A DNA stretch of 64,000 nucleotides from Clostridiaceae bacterium. GTDB lineage: Bacteria > Bacillota > Clostridia > Saccharofermentanales > DTU023. The notes under the pieces are model-generated. The model was given only the letters and a program-made list of their open reading frames with translations. It was not told the DNA's origin and did no database searches. Positions 27,566 to 37,868 of this stretch are shown piece by piece. Both the position numbers and the translations under genes were made by a program. Every line of letters starts with the position of its first letter. Positions within the stretch are counted from its first letter, which is position 1. The stretch lies in assembly GCA_012838475.1 (NCBI GenBank), contig DUPE01000195.1:15748-79747 (forward strand). The letters are read 5' to 3'.

Positions 27566-30295
27566 ATGATGATTAGTTTTTCCAGAAGGGCAGGCACCGT
27601 GTTGGGTTTTGCTTGGAGTAAGGCTAAATCCTATAACCTCGATTACATAGGATCAGAACACATTCTATCAGGAATAATGGAAGAGGATGGTCTGGCGGCA
27701 TCTGTGCTACAGGAGGCAGGTCTTGCCGCAGACCAGATAGAGATGAACCTTTCACAGCTGGCGCAGCGTGAGCCTGTCGAAGTTGAGATGCCGGATAATA
27801 TGGATGGCAATACACTTATAAATATGATGACACCTCGTACCAGGCAGGTAATTAATCTGGCTGCCCGCGAGGCTCAGTCTAGAAGGTCAAATGTAATTGA
27901 GCCTGAGTATCTCTTGCTCGCTATTTTGCGTGAAGGCGGCAGTGTCGCAGTACGTATTTTACAGGCTGCCGGTATTTCCAGCCGCGAACTATATCAGAAT
28001 TTGGCTCAGATCTTGGCAACCAGAGAAGAACCTCTGTCACCCGAATCTGAAGAAGCCGGACAGGCGATTCCCGGCGTGATGCCCGGGATGTCATCGCGAA
28101 CTTCAGATGTAACACCGGCCGGCACTGCTAAGGCAAAGAGCAACACGCCTACACTGGACAAATTCAGCCGTGATCTTACAGAGATGGCAAAAGAGGGCAA
28201 ATTCGACCCGATAATTGGCCGTAACGAAGAGATAATACGCGCTGAGCAGATTCTTTGCCGTCGCACGAAGAATAATCCGGTTTTGATTGGTGAGCCTGGA
28301 GTTGGTAAGACCGCTATTGCAGAAGGTCTTGCCCAAAAAATTATCAGTGGTGACGTGCCGGAGCCGCTTATGGGTAAGCGTCTGGTTTCAGTTGATCTGA
28401 CCGGAATGTTGGCAGGTGCGAAATATAGAGGCGAGTTCGAAGAAAGACTTAAAAAGGGCATTGATGAGGCGGTAACGGAAGGTGATGTCATTCTCTTCTT
28501 TGACGAGCTCCATACTATTGTGGGGGCGGGAGCTTCGGAAGGCTCAATTGACGCTTCCAATATCCTTAAACCTCTTTTGGCCAGAGGTGAAATGCAAGTT
28601 ATTGGTGCCACCACAATTGACGAATATCGGAAATATATTGAGAAGGACTCAGCTCTGGAGAGACGTTTTCAGCCAATTATGGTGGAGGAACCCAGCGAAG
28701 AAGAATCAGTACAAATCCTCTACGGGCTTAGACCTCATTATGAGGAGCATCATCAGGTCAGAATTTCTGATGAAGCCATAGAAGAAGCTGTTAAGCTTTC
28801 CACGCGTTATATTCAGGACCGTTACCTGCCTGATAAAGCGATTGACCTGATTGACGAGGCGGCAGCCAAGCTGAGACTTACTCAATCTCCGGATCTGTCT
28901 GGCCTAAAAGAAACCGAGTCCAAACTCTTACAGCTGTTGGACAAGAAACAAAGGGCAGTTGAAGAGGAAGAGTTTGAGAAAGCCGCTGAGCTGAAACAAC
29001 ATGAAGACGAGCTTAGAGAGCAGATGGACAAGCTCAAGAAAGAGCCACAGAAAAAAGAACGTGGTGATTGGCCGGTTCTTCATGGTGACCTTATAGCGGG
29101 AATCGTTTCCAGTTGGACAGGCATTCCTGTGACCAGACTAACTGAAACTGAGCAAGAAAAGCTCAAAAATCTCGAATCCGAGCTGGAAAAAAGAGTAATC
29201 GGTCAGTCGGAAGCAGTAAACGAAGTAGCTAAAGCCATCAGACGAGGCAGACTTGGCCTTAAGGATCCCAACCGGCCAACCGGTAGCTTCATTTTCCTGG
29301 GTACTACAGGAGTAGGAAAGACCGAGCTTGCCAAAGCACTGGCTGAAGTTATGTTTGGCTCAGAAGACAGCATGATCAGACTGGACATGTCCGAATATAT
29401 GGAGAAATTTGATGTCTCAAAACTTATCGGTTCTCCTCCCGGTTATGTCGGTTATGACGAAGGCGGTCAATTGACCGAGAAAGTCCGACGCCAGCCTTAC
29501 TCAGTAGTGTTATTTGACGAGATCGAAAAGGCTCACCCCGATGTCTTTAACGCTTTGCTTCAGATCCTCGAGGATGGACGCCTTACCGACAGTCAGGGAC
29601 GTACTGTGAACTTCAGAAACACAATTGTGATTATGACCTCCAACATTGGAGCCAGAATGCTTACCGGTGCTGAAGGCCGCAGAATTGGATTTGGCATGCC
29701 TGTCGAAGATGGTGAAGAGAGATCAGCGCCGATGTACGGGGGCAAGACCTACAAGGAAGCAAAAGAGCTGGTCATGGAAGAGTTGAGAAAGACCTTTCAG
29801 CCAGAGTTCCTCAATAGAGTGGACAGCATAGTATTCTTCAATATGCTTGACGAAGAAGCTATTGAAAAGATTGTCGACATTATGTTGGCAGATTTAGTGG
29901 CCAGAATAGCTGATCTGGGTATTCACACCGAGGTTACGCCTGCGGCAAAGAAGTGGCTGGCCAAAAATGGTCACCAGCCCCAATACGGTGCCAGGCCGCT
30001 GCGCCGCCTCATTCAGTCAGTCGTCGAGGATGGTTTCTCTGAAGCACTTCTCGATGGCGTAGTCAAAGCCGGAGAGGCAGCTTTGGTTGATGTTGAAGAC
30101 GATAAGATTGTAATTCGCCGACTTAACAAAGATCTCGCCACGGGTTCTTCTTCAGAACCTGACGAAGAAGAAAGTTCAGCAGAAAGCGTCTCGAAAATTG
30201 ACAGCACACCGGAAGGGAGCACTCCTGAAGAAAACGCAACTGAAGAGAGTACGGCGGAAGAAGATAGCATTCCCGGAAAAGACACGCAGGAATAA
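27566..30295 (+). CDS. clpC: ATP-dependent Clp protease ATP-binding subunit ClpC, long form with an acidic C-terminal tail
   Basis: Clp_N repeats, two AAA+ modules (GEPGVGKTA and GTTGVGKTE) and a UVR linker. I chose ATG 27566 after a GAAGGTG RBS; the ORF is open from 27557. Confidence 0.9.
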   Translation: MMISFSRRAGTVLGFAWSKAKSYNLDYIGSEHILSGIMEEDGLAASVLQEAGLAADQIEMNLSQLAQREPVEVEMPDNMDGNTLINMMTPRTRQVINLAAREAQSRRSNVIEPEYLLLAILREGGSVAVRILQAAGISSRELYQNLAQILATREEPLSPESEEAGQAIPGVMPGMSSRTSDVTPAGTAKAKSNTPTLDKFSRDLTEMAKEGKFDPIIGRNEEIIRAEQILCRRTKNNPVLIGEPGVGKTAIAEGLAQKIISGDVPEPLMGKRLVSVDLTGMLAGAKYRGEFEERLKKGIDEAVTEGDVILFFDELHTIVGAGASEGSIDASNILKPLLARGEMQVIGATTIDEYRKYIEKDSALERRFQPIMVEEPSEEESVQILYGLRPHYEEHHQVRISDEAIEEAVKLSTRYIQDRYLPDKAIDLIDEAAAKLRLTQSPDLSGLKETESKLLQLLDKKQRAVEEEEFEKAAELKQHEDELREQMDKLKKEPQKKERGDWPVLHGDLIAGIVSSWTGIPVTRLTETEQEKLKNLESELEKRVIGQSEAVNEVAKAIRRGRLGLKDPNRPTGSFIFLGTTGVGKTELAKALAEVMFGSEDSMIRLDMSEYMEKFDVSKLIGSPPGYVGYDEGGQLTEKVRRQPYSVVLFDEIEKAHPDVFNALLQILEDGRLTDSQGRTVNFRNTIVIMTSNIGARMLTGAEGRRIGFGMPVEDGEERSAPMYGGKTYKEAKELVMEELRKTFQPEFLNRVDSIVFFNMLDEEAIEKIVDIMLADLVARIADLGIHTEVTPAAKKWLAKNGHQPQYGARPLRRLIQSVVEDGFSEALLDGVVKAGEAALVDVEDDKIVIRRLNKDLATGSSSEPDEEESSAESVSKIDSTPEGSTPEENATEESTAEEDSIPGKDTQE

Positions 30296-30477
30296 ATCTC
30301 ACCTGAAGAAGAGATAGCGTTCGGAGTATAATAGAACAAAGAACGCCGAAGTGAAGGCAATAGTTTCAGAAAAAGCACGCCAGAGGAAAGCGTACTCGAG
30401 AAAGATAGTACCTTCAGATAAGAAGCTCCACAAGAAAAACACTCAACACGTATCAGCAGAGTGTTATAGAAAACACA

Positions 30478-30510
30478 GACGCGGCAGCTTAGGTTGCCGC
30501 GTTTTCTATT
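30478..30510. terminator. Rho-independent terminator between the convergent clpC gene and the Zn-ribbon membrane protein gene
   Basis: gacGCGGCAgcttaggtTGCCGCgttttctatt: GC-rich stem followed by a T-run. The reverse strand is also T-rich after the stem. Confidence 0.6.
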
Positions 30511-30642
30511 ATGAGTATTATTGCAACGGTGATATCTCTGATCACGCCAGAATAACGAAAGCAGCCCCCTAGATTCTGCATCTTCGCTAAGCATAGCGTA
30601 GATGTTACCGCGACAGCATAATGAAAGCATCTGGATCTACAG

Positions 30643-31572
30643 TTAGCTAATGGTACCGGCAGGGATTGTTGGAGCAATTTTGATCAGGACCGGTATCAAT
30701 TGTTCGACAAAAGTAAATGAGGCAGCAAAAAATATAATAGCAAAAACCATCAGACGAATTTGGCTATTGCCGCTAAGATTGTATACGTGGCAGATGCTGC
30801 GGATATGAACGTAGATGGCAAACATGAAGCCGCACATTACCATGGCCAGGCTGGCAAGAGGTACAGCCACAACTGTACCGATCGCGAGGATTACGAACAA
30901 GGCCAGATAAACATAGGCCGGTCGGCTCAAACGTAGAACATCAATAAGAGTCACTTGGAGTCGTTCCATTAATCTCAGCAAAATCCAAATGAAAAAGCTC
31001 TCCAAAAAACACAGCAACACAGATATCGCCAGAGAATAGACCAACATCCCGGAACTGTTGGCTCCTGTAATATTTTCATTTAAGGCATGATAGTGCAGAG
31101 AAATGCGATAGTAGAAGAGGGAAAACCACAACATTAGAATTAACAAATTGATGGTGATTGCCACAGAGGGTACTTTCTTTTTTTTGCTGTCAAGTGCTTG
31201 TTCACGGATTTTGTCAGCAGGGGTCCGAATCCATCCGGCAACACTGGCTAAACTACTCAGACCGGGTACTCTGTGCCTTGTGCGCGCTCTTCTTTGGGCA
31301 TTATCGCGATAAAAGAAAGGGCGCCCCTTAGCTTGTTGATTTTTCCGCTTCTGATCTGTATGACTTTGGAAATTATCTGAATATTCTTTATCTGCAGATG
31401 AGTCTGCCTCTTTAGCGGAGCTCTCTGATTTATCCTCTTTAGGCTGACTATACTGCTCAAAAACTGTATCAGCATGTCCAGAGGTAGAATAGTAACCTTG
31501 TGAGCGACAGTTACACTTTTCACCATCGTCTAGTTGTTTTCCACAATAGAAACAGTATCTTGCCATTGACAT
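30643..31572 (-). CDS. Hypothetical membrane protein: N-terminal Zn-ribbon, a charged low-complexity linker, and about 5 TM helices
   Basis: CFYCGK...CNC motif, a K/E/S/D-rich region, and a hydrophobic C-terminal half. I do not recognise a family. Confidence 0.5.
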   Translation of the reverse strand: MSMARYCFYCGKQLDDGEKCNCRSQGYYSTSGHADTVFEQYSQPKEDKSESSAKEADSSADKEYSDNFQSHTDQKRKNQQAKGRPFFYRDNAQRRARTRHRVPGLSSLASVAGWIRTPADKIREQALDSKKKKVPSVAITINLLILMLWFSLFYYRISLHYHALNENITGANSSGMLVYSLAISVLLCFLESFFIWILLRLMERLQVTLIDVLRLSRPAYVYLALFVILAIGTVVAVPLASLAMVMCGFMFAIYVHIRSICHVYNLSGNSQIRLMVFAIIFFAASFTFVEQLIPVLIKIAPTIPAGTIS

Positions 31573-31654
31573 CCTTCCTTCTGTTAGGAATTATATTAAC
31601 TGCAACTTAAGAATGAATTGTGACAAGATTTCGAATATTAGATAGGATATCCTT

Positions 31655-32911
31655 ATGGTAAACAGAGATAAAGATGCGAAGGACGAAGTTAAGCCTTACA
31701 CATTGAAGGCGCCCAATGGTATTTTTTATACCCTTCTTTATTTTGTCATTTGGGTTCTGACCAAGTTGATTTTTCGCACTTCCTATAAAAGAACTCCTGC
31801 CCTGCGCAAACATAAGGATGCGCTAATCATGATCGGCAATCATGCCAGCTATCTGGATATTCCTATCGCAATCGTTGCTGCAGGACATAAAAGAATAAAT
31901 TTTGTCAGCGGTGAATTTCTCTACAGCAACAAGACTAAACTGTTGCTTAAGTTAATGCAGGTTATTCCCAAGAAGCAATTCCAACCCGATGTGAGGACTA
32001 TTCTTCTCCTGGTCAGGGCATTAAAGGCGGGCAGAAAGGTCTTTATCTATCCCGAGGCGCAACGTTCAATTGATGGCGAACCGGGATATTTGAATTCTCA
32101 ATTCGCTCGTTTGGTTAAGAGAGCCGGAGTAGCAGTAGGCATTGTGCGTTGCAGCGGCTGTTACCTGGCCTGGCCGCGCTGGGCAGAAGGTTTTGTCAGA
32201 CCGGGAAAGATTGTTGCCGAAAGCGACATTCTATTAACTGCTGAAGAGATTGAATCTCTGGATATTAACGAGATTCATGAAAAAGTAAAAGCAGCCCTTA
32301 ATATCTCTGACTATAGTTATCAATTATCCCGGAGTAAACCTGGAAAATATCTAACTCCTGCACCTGCTGCGGGATTGGAGAACATTCTTCATCACTGTCC
32401 ATCATGCAAAAGAATGCAAGCTATCGTAAGTACAGGTAAGACTTTGCGCTGCGGGCAATGTTATTGGGAAATTGAGTTGAGCCTGACCGGGTTCTTCACC
32501 AAAATAAAGGAGGGTCCGATTTTTGCTAATCCCGTCTTGTGGCATCGCTGGCAGCAGGCCGAAATATCTAAGCTATTTGCTGATCAGCCGGAGACCGTAC
32601 TTTCATTTTCTGCGTCTTGTCAAAAGCATGGCGATACTCTCAACGAATCATATACTATCCCGGGCACAGTTTACATAAGCGAATCCGAGCTTTGCTTTGA
32701 GCCTGACGGTGACAGCACTCCGCTTCATCCTGCCGAGCTTTGTTTCCCTCGCAAAGGACAGGAATTCGGAATCTTTGCTACTTATGGAGAAAGTTTCAGG
32801 CAATACAATAGTTATGGAGCGTGGGATTTTTTCCCCGATGTAAAATCCTGGCCAATTATTATTCATGACTGGAGCAAGATGGGATTCCGGAGGGAAAGTA
32901 TGATACAATAG
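31655..32911 (+). CDS. PlsC-family lysophospholipid acyltransferase with a C-terminal Zn-ribbon-containing domain
   Basis: HX4D motif (NHASYLD) and YPEAQRS block. CPSC...CGQC lies in the C-terminal ~200 aa. Confidence 0.65.
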   Translation: MVNRDKDAKDEVKPYTLKAPNGIFYTLLYFVIWVLTKLIFRTSYKRTPALRKHKDALIMIGNHASYLDIPIAIVAAGHKRINFVSGEFLYSNKTKLLLKLMQVIPKKQFQPDVRTILLLVRALKAGRKVFIYPEAQRSIDGEPGYLNSQFARLVKRAGVAVGIVRCSGCYLAWPRWAEGFVRPGKIVAESDILLTAEEIESLDINEIHEKVKAALNISDYSYQLSRSKPGKYLTPAPAAGLENILHHCPSCKRMQAIVSTGKTLRCGQCYWEIELSLTGFFTKIKEGPIFANPVLWHRWQQAEISKLFADQPETVLSFSASCQKHGDTLNESYTIPGTVYISESELCFEPDGDSTPLHPAELCFPRKGQEFGIFATYGESFRQYNSYGAWDFFPDVKSWPIIIHDWSKMGFRRESMIQ

Positions 32912-33018
32912 CACTTATTCTATTTCCACGAAATCTGTGAAAATAGATAACAAATTCTAATGTTTTATCTTCGAATTTTGCAAACCTTACAAGAAATGTT
33001 GTGAAGAGGGAGAATAAA

Positions 33019-33339
33019 ATGGCTTCAGAACAATTTATAGATGTAATTGAACAAGCTGAAGCAGAAGCTGATCAGATTTTAGCTTCTGCCGAGACTAAAG
33101 CAATAGAAATACAAAACAAAGCAATCCATAAAGCAGAAGTAATTGTAGACAATGCCAGAACGCTGGGTGATAAAGAAAGACAAAAAAATTTGTCCGATGC
33201 GGAGTCTAGCTATCGCTCGATGTTGCAAGAATTAGAACAAGAACGACATACCCCTTTATCCAGCCTTTCTCCCGCGACTAAGGAGAAAACAGTCAATGCT
33301 TTAGCGGGAAGGATCGTGAGTCTATTTGGCAATAGCTAG
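33019..33339 (+). CDS. ntpF: V-type ATPase small peripheral-stalk subunit (NtpF / subunit G-H-like)
   Basis: 106-aa coiled-coil protein (EQAEAEADQILASAETKA...) and the first gene of the ntp-ordered operon. GAGGGAG RBS. Confidence 0.55.
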   Translation: MASEQFIDVIEQAEAEADQILASAETKAIEIQNKAIHKAEVIVDNARTLGDKERQKNLSDAESSYRSMLQELEQERHTPLSSLSPATKEKTVNALAGRIVSLFGNS

Positions 33340-35311
33340 CATGAACAAAATCACGGTGGTCGGTTTAGCTTCTGAACGTGATGAAGTTCTGAACACTTTG
33401 ATGCGTTCCGGGGTTATGGAGATTGTATCGAGAGAAGATAATGCGGATCAGATATCATCCGAAGAACGGCTGACAATCGAACACGATTTAGCTCGCCTAG
33501 AGACTGCCAATATGCAAATTTACAAGCGCTTTCCTCCGGAGAGCAGCAGCCTCTTCAAGAGCAAGGTGGAAGTAAGTGATGAAGAATTTTTGCTTTCCCG
33601 TGAAGTTGAGAGCGAGACCTTGACCCGTCTTACATCCTGGGAAGACTTGTTGTCTGTAGAGAATCTCACAAAACAAAAACAAATCACTCTTCAGGAAGAG
33701 TTGTTGCAAATATCCCCCTGGCAAGATTTGGACATTGATCTGTCTGCTACAGAGACCCGGCAAACAGAAATTATTTACGGTGTTTTCTTGGATGGTACCG
33801 CGATTGAAAGTCTTGAAGAACAACTTAGTCAAGACTGCCCTGAAACACATATTATTAGATTTCGTCAGACGAAAGAGGGTACGTTAGCGGCAGTAGTGAT
33901 GTTGAAGGAGCAGGCCTCTCATACTCGGCTGTTAGTTCAAGCATCTGATTTTCATGCTGTGCCTGCACAGATTAGTGCCGGTAAGCCCAACCAAATCATC
34001 TCTACTCTCCAGGGGGAAATTGCCGGTGTTAAAGAGCAGTTATCAGATACTGAGTTAGAACTGGCACGGCTGGCAGAATCCCGTTCTTCCTTCTTATTAC
34101 TGGAGGATAATTATAGAGTGCTGCTGGATCGGGACAACGCTTCTTCAGAAGTTTTTGGCTCGCCTCATACTTTCTGGCTAAGAGGCTGGGTACCTGATGA
34201 CAGTACCGATGAATTGATAGACGAATTGAATGAAAAACATGATGTCGCTATCTCATCGGTTGCCGGTGAGCTTTCTGAGAATTTTCCGATAAAGCTGAAG
34301 AATAATAAGTTTAATCAAGCTTATGAAATCATACTTACAATGTTCGGTGCTCCTAATGCCGAAGAGTCTGACCCTACGCCTGTGCTGGCAACTTTTTATA
34401 TGCTGCTGTTTGGAATGATGTTGTCAGATGTGGGTTACGGTCTGGCACTAATAGTCCTCTGTCTTGTGATGCTCTTTAAGTTCAAAGTCGGAGGTGATAT
34501 GCGGCGATTAGCAAAAATGCTGCTAATCAGTGGTATTTCTTCCGTGGCCTGGGGCTTTGTTTTTGGAGGCTTCTTTGGCGATTTGATTACAGTATTGAGT
34601 GAGGGCAGATATAGTTTCCCGGTTCTTTGGTTTGATCCCATGCAAGATGCTATGAAGTTAATGATCTTTAGCATGCTCTTTGGTGTTATCCATTTATTTG
34701 CCGGCATGGCGATTAGAATAAGAAATGCCAAGTTACAGGGCAATATAATGGAAGGGATTCTTGATATTGTTCCCTGGTATATGATCATCGGCGGCTTGTT
34801 GATTATAGCCGGAGGAGCAGCAGGAGTATTCGGTGCTGGATCTGAGATAATTACTCAAGTGGGAATATATCTGGCTCTCGCAGGGGCAGTTGTCGTTGTA
34901 CTGTTTGGTGGTCGCGATGCTAAAAATCCGATAGTCCGCATCCTTAAAGGGATTTTGGCTCTTTATGATGTAACAGGATATTTCAGCGACATTCTCTCTT
35001 ATACGCGCATATTGGCCTTGGTATTGGCAACTAGCGTCATCGCTATGGTTGTCAATCAATTAGGTTTCTTGCTGGGGCCTACTTTTGCAGGATACATACT
35101 TTTCATCGCTGTTGGATTACTGGGTCATACCTTAAATCTGGCGTTGTCAGCTCTTTCCGCTTATGTTCATGCCAGCCGGCTGCAATATGTTGAGATGTTT
35201 GGCAAGTTTTTTGAGGGAGGCGGCAAATACTTCAAACCTTTGCAGAGAAAAACCAGACACTTTCAGATAGAGGATCGAAAAGGGCGGGAGGAAGAAAGAA
35301 AAGTTGCTTAA
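33326..35311 (+). CDS. ntpI: V-type ATPase subunit I (membrane a-subunit)
   Basis: About 655 aa with a soluble N-terminal half and a polytopic C-terminal half containing ...YTRILALVLAT... and RLQYVEMF. The start is either TTG 33326 or ATG 33341. Confidence 0.85.
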   Translation: MAIASMNKITVVGLASERDEVLNTLMRSGVMEIVSREDNADQISSEERLTIEHDLARLETANMQIYKRFPPESSSLFKSKVEVSDEEFLLSREVESETLTRLTSWEDLLSVENLTKQKQITLQEELLQISPWQDLDIDLSATETRQTEIIYGVFLDGTAIESLEEQLSQDCPETHIIRFRQTKEGTLAAVVMLKEQASHTRLLVQASDFHAVPAQISAGKPNQIISTLQGEIAGVKEQLSDTELELARLAESRSSFLLLEDNYRVLLDRDNASSEVFGSPHTFWLRGWVPDDSTDELIDELNEKHDVAISSVAGELSENFPIKLKNNKFNQAYEIILTMFGAPNAEESDPTPVLATFYMLLFGMMLSDVGYGLALIVLCLVMLFKFKVGGDMRRLAKMLLISGISSVAWGFVFGGFFGDLITVLSEGRYSFPVLWFDPMQDAMKLMIFSMLFGVIHLFAGMAIRIRNAKLQGNIMEGILDIVPWYMIIGGLLIIAGGAAGVFGAGSEIITQVGIYLALAGAVVVVLFGGRDAKNPIVRILKGILALYDVTGYFSDILSYTRILALVLATSVIAMVVNQLGFLLGPTFAGYILFIAVGLLGHTLNLALSALSAYVHASRLQYVEMFGKFFEGGGKYFKPLQRKTRHFQIEDRKGREEERKVA

Positions 35312-35429
35312 TACCAGCTCCGATTGATGTGGGGACGATAATGTGTTCTATAGCGGCTTTGCCGCAATTAGATAAAATGCTGACATTCGCTACTGTAAGT
35401 CAGCGCAAACGAGTAAATTGGAGGGAATT

Positions 35430-35909
35430 ATGATTTTTGCAGATTTGATCGGACCGGTTCTTACTTTATTGGGAGCCGGGCTGGCTGCTACACTTCCTGG
35501 AATCGGATCAGCCAAAGGAGTTGGTTTTGTCGGTGAGGCAGCTGCCGGAGTCATTACAGAGGATCCTGAAAAATTCGGGAAGTTGCTGATTTTACAAGCT
35601 TTGCCGGGAACCCAGGGTATCTACGGTCTCTTGAGCTGGTTTATGATTATGAACTCTTCAGGTCTGTTCGCAGGGCAATTAGATCAGACTTGGCAGATGG
35701 GACTCTTGTATCTGTTGGCTTCTATGCCGATAGCAGTGGTCGGTTATTTTTCTGCTATCTATCAAGGTAGAGTTTCCGAGGCTGGCTGCGCACTGGTAGC
35801 GCAAAGACCGGATGAACAGGCGAAAGCTATTGTTCTGTCTGCTATGGTCGAGACATATGCTATCCTTGCACTTTTGGCGACCGTACTTGCAGTCCTCAAT
35901 ATTAGCTAA
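35430..35909 (+). CDS. ntpK: V-type ATPase proteolipid subunit K (4-TM, double hairpin)
   Basis: Very similar by eye to E. hirae NtpK (GIGSAKGVG, ILQALPGTQGIYG, AMVETYAIL). Confidence 0.9.
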   Translation: MIFADLIGPVLTLLGAGLAATLPGIGSAKGVGFVGEAAAGVITEDPEKFGKLLILQALPGTQGIYGLLSWFMIMNSSGLFAGQLDQTWQMGLLYLLASMPIAVVGYFSAIYQGRVSEAGCALVAQRPDEQAKAIVLSAMVETYAILALLATVLAVLNIS

Positions 35910-35920
35910 AGGATCAGTCT

Positions 35921-36490
35921 ATGGAAGGTCTAGACAAAATTACCGCCCGCATCGTAGAGGATGCAAAGGCTGCTGCTGAGAAAATTGAGGCAGACGCTAC
36001 GGAAAAGGCAGATGCTTTGATACTGGAAGCGGAAGATACCGCCGTGCAGCTTCTGGAAGAGAGGCGGGCTCAGACCAGTGAGGATGCTGAGTCATTATTG
36101 TCCAGAGGACAGAGTCTGGTTCGCTCAGAAAAAAGAAAGATGTCCCTGCATCGGCGGCAAGATCAGATCGAAGAGGTTATAAATGCTGCTCTATACAAGC
36201 TGGTTGCTGATCCTGCTGAGACAAAATTGCACCGTTATGTGCAAATGATAGAATCCAAAGATATAAAGGGCGGAGAGATTGTTCTAAGTTCAAGTGACCA
36301 GGAGTTAGGTCCAGTTTTGCTCGAAAGATTGACCGGTGATTTCAGTTTGTCTGACACTCCGGGAGATTTTCGTGCAGGGATAATCGTAAAACAAGACAAA
36401 ATAATTGATAATCTAACATATGATCTGGCGGTGCGTAATGCACGTGATGAGCTGACTCAGTATGTTGCTGAACTGTTAGAGGATAACTAG
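35921..36490 (+). CDS. ntpE: V-type ATPase subunit E
   Basis: 189 aa with an N-terminal coiled coil. The assignment rests on position and size within the ntp operon. Confidence 0.75.
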   Translation: MEGLDKITARIVEDAKAAAEKIEADATEKADALILEAEDTAVQLLEERRAQTSEDAESLLSRGQSLVRSEKRKMSLHRRQDQIEEVINAALYKLVADPAETKLHRYVQMIESKDIKGGEIVLSSSDQELGPVLLERLTGDFSLSDTPGDFRAGIIVKQDKIIDNLTYDLAVRNARDELTQYVAELLEDN

Positions 36491-36497
36491 ACAAAAC

Positions 36498-37523
36498 ATG
36501 TTTACTTTGCCAAAAAACTACAAGCAATCAGTTTCCTGGCCGTATGCTACAGGACGTATACGTTCCTTAGAGACCGGGCTGATGGGTAATGAAGGTCAAG
36601 AGCGCTTGTTTATGGTTTCGGATGAAGAAGCCATGTCTCATATTATGACGGAATACGGTTATAATTCCTGCGATATCGAACTTGCTCTGGATGCTGAAAA
36701 AGAGAGACTGTACAACCTCTTAGAAGATATTGCCCCTGACCGTAGCTATCTGGAATTGATCTTATCGTTCACTGATGGACAGAATCTGAAAACATTGTTG
36801 AAAGAAAAACTGGCTGCAGAACAACCAAGATCATTTGCGGGTATGAGCTATCTTATGCTGCAACCTTCTCTGATAGAACCATCGCGGCTGTACAGTGCCT
36901 TACAAGAAGATGATTTCCATGATCTTCCCGAATGGATATCCGAGTTGGCGGACAAGGCTGAAGCTGCCTATGCAGTAGGATACGATGCTGCCAGAATTGA
37001 CCTGGCAATAGATCGCGGTCTGCACGAGCGAGCAAAACAGTTGGTTAAACAATTTGCTAATGCCTGGTTTGATGAGTGGTTAGCGCTGAAACGGGATTTA
37101 ACCAATTTAGAAACACTGTTTCGTACCCGGCTCAGAAATCTTGGCTTAAAGCTTTTTGAGGACAGTTTGTTGCCTGAAGGCAAATTATCCCATGACTGGC
37201 TCAAGACAGCGCGGGGACTTACTGCAACTGAGATTGTAAAAATGCTGGACAAGGGTTTCTACCGTGATTTAGCCGGATTTGCCAAGACCTATGGTGAGCC
37301 GGGGACATCATCAGACTATAGCAGAGCAGGAGATGACATCTTGATGCGGCATATATACAAGGGAGGACGAAGCCTGAACGGTCCTGAAGTCACTTTGGCG
37401 TATGTCTTTGGTCGTGAAATGGAAATGAAAAATATACGGATCGCTCTTTCGGCTTTACGCAATCGACTGCCTGCTGAACGTGTCGCCTTGCTGCGTCGCA
37501 ATAGCTATCCTGCGTGGAGGTAG
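36498..37523 (+). CDS. ntpC: V-type ATPase subunit C (d-type)
   Basis: 341 aa. The assignment rests on its position between E and F and on the conserved terminal ...IRIAL... Confidence 0.75.
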   Translation: MFTLPKNYKQSVSWPYATGRIRSLETGLMGNEGQERLFMVSDEEAMSHIMTEYGYNSCDIELALDAEKERLYNLLEDIAPDRSYLELILSFTDGQNLKTLLKEKLAAEQPRSFAGMSYLMLQPSLIEPSRLYSALQEDDFHDLPEWISELADKAEAAYAVGYDAARIDLAIDRGLHERAKQLVKQFANAWFDEWLALKRDLTNLETLFRTRLRNLGLKLFEDSLLPEGKLSHDWLKTARGLTATEIVKMLDKGFYRDLAGFAKTYGEPGTSSDYSRAGDDILMRHIYKGGRSLNGPEVTLAYVFGREMEMKNIRIALSALRNRLPAERVALLRRNSYPAWR

Positions 37524-37526
37524 AGC

Positions 37527-37850
37527 ATGCATCAAGTAGGGGTTATTGGTGATCTGGATAGTATCATTGGTTTTCGCGCTCTGGGAATGACAGTTAAGCC
37601 GGTAGAGGGACCGGCCGAAGTGTTGTCTGCGCTTAAATCTATGGTTGATGAAGAATACGCTATTGTTTTTTTAAGTGAACCTGCTGCCGATGATCCTGAA
37701 GTGCAGGCCTTTCTTGATGAGCAGCGTCATATGCATATACCGGCTGTGATATTGATACCATCAGCCAGAAGGAAAGCAACTATAGGTAAAGAACAGCTGC
37801 GTAAATCAGTACGTAAAGCCACGGGCTTTGATCTGTTGAGAGAAATGTAA
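37527..37850 (+). CDS. ntpG: V-type ATPase subunit F
   Basis: 107 aa (VGVIGDLDSIIGFRALG). Confidence 0.8.
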   Translation: MHQVGVIGDLDSIIGFRALGMTVKPVEGPAEVLSALKSMVDEEYAIVFLSEPAADDPEVQAFLDEQRHMHIPAVILIPSARRKATIGKEQLRKSVRKATGFDLLREM

Positions 37851-37868
37851 AAGATCTGGGAGGATTCG

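Noticed and set aside
28006-30630. Antisense ORFs of 202 aa (28006..28614) and 205 aa (30013..30630) opposite clpC.
   Set aside because: Both are shadow frames of the clpC coding sequence and its Glu-rich tail. They are Ser/Pro-rich and low-complexity.
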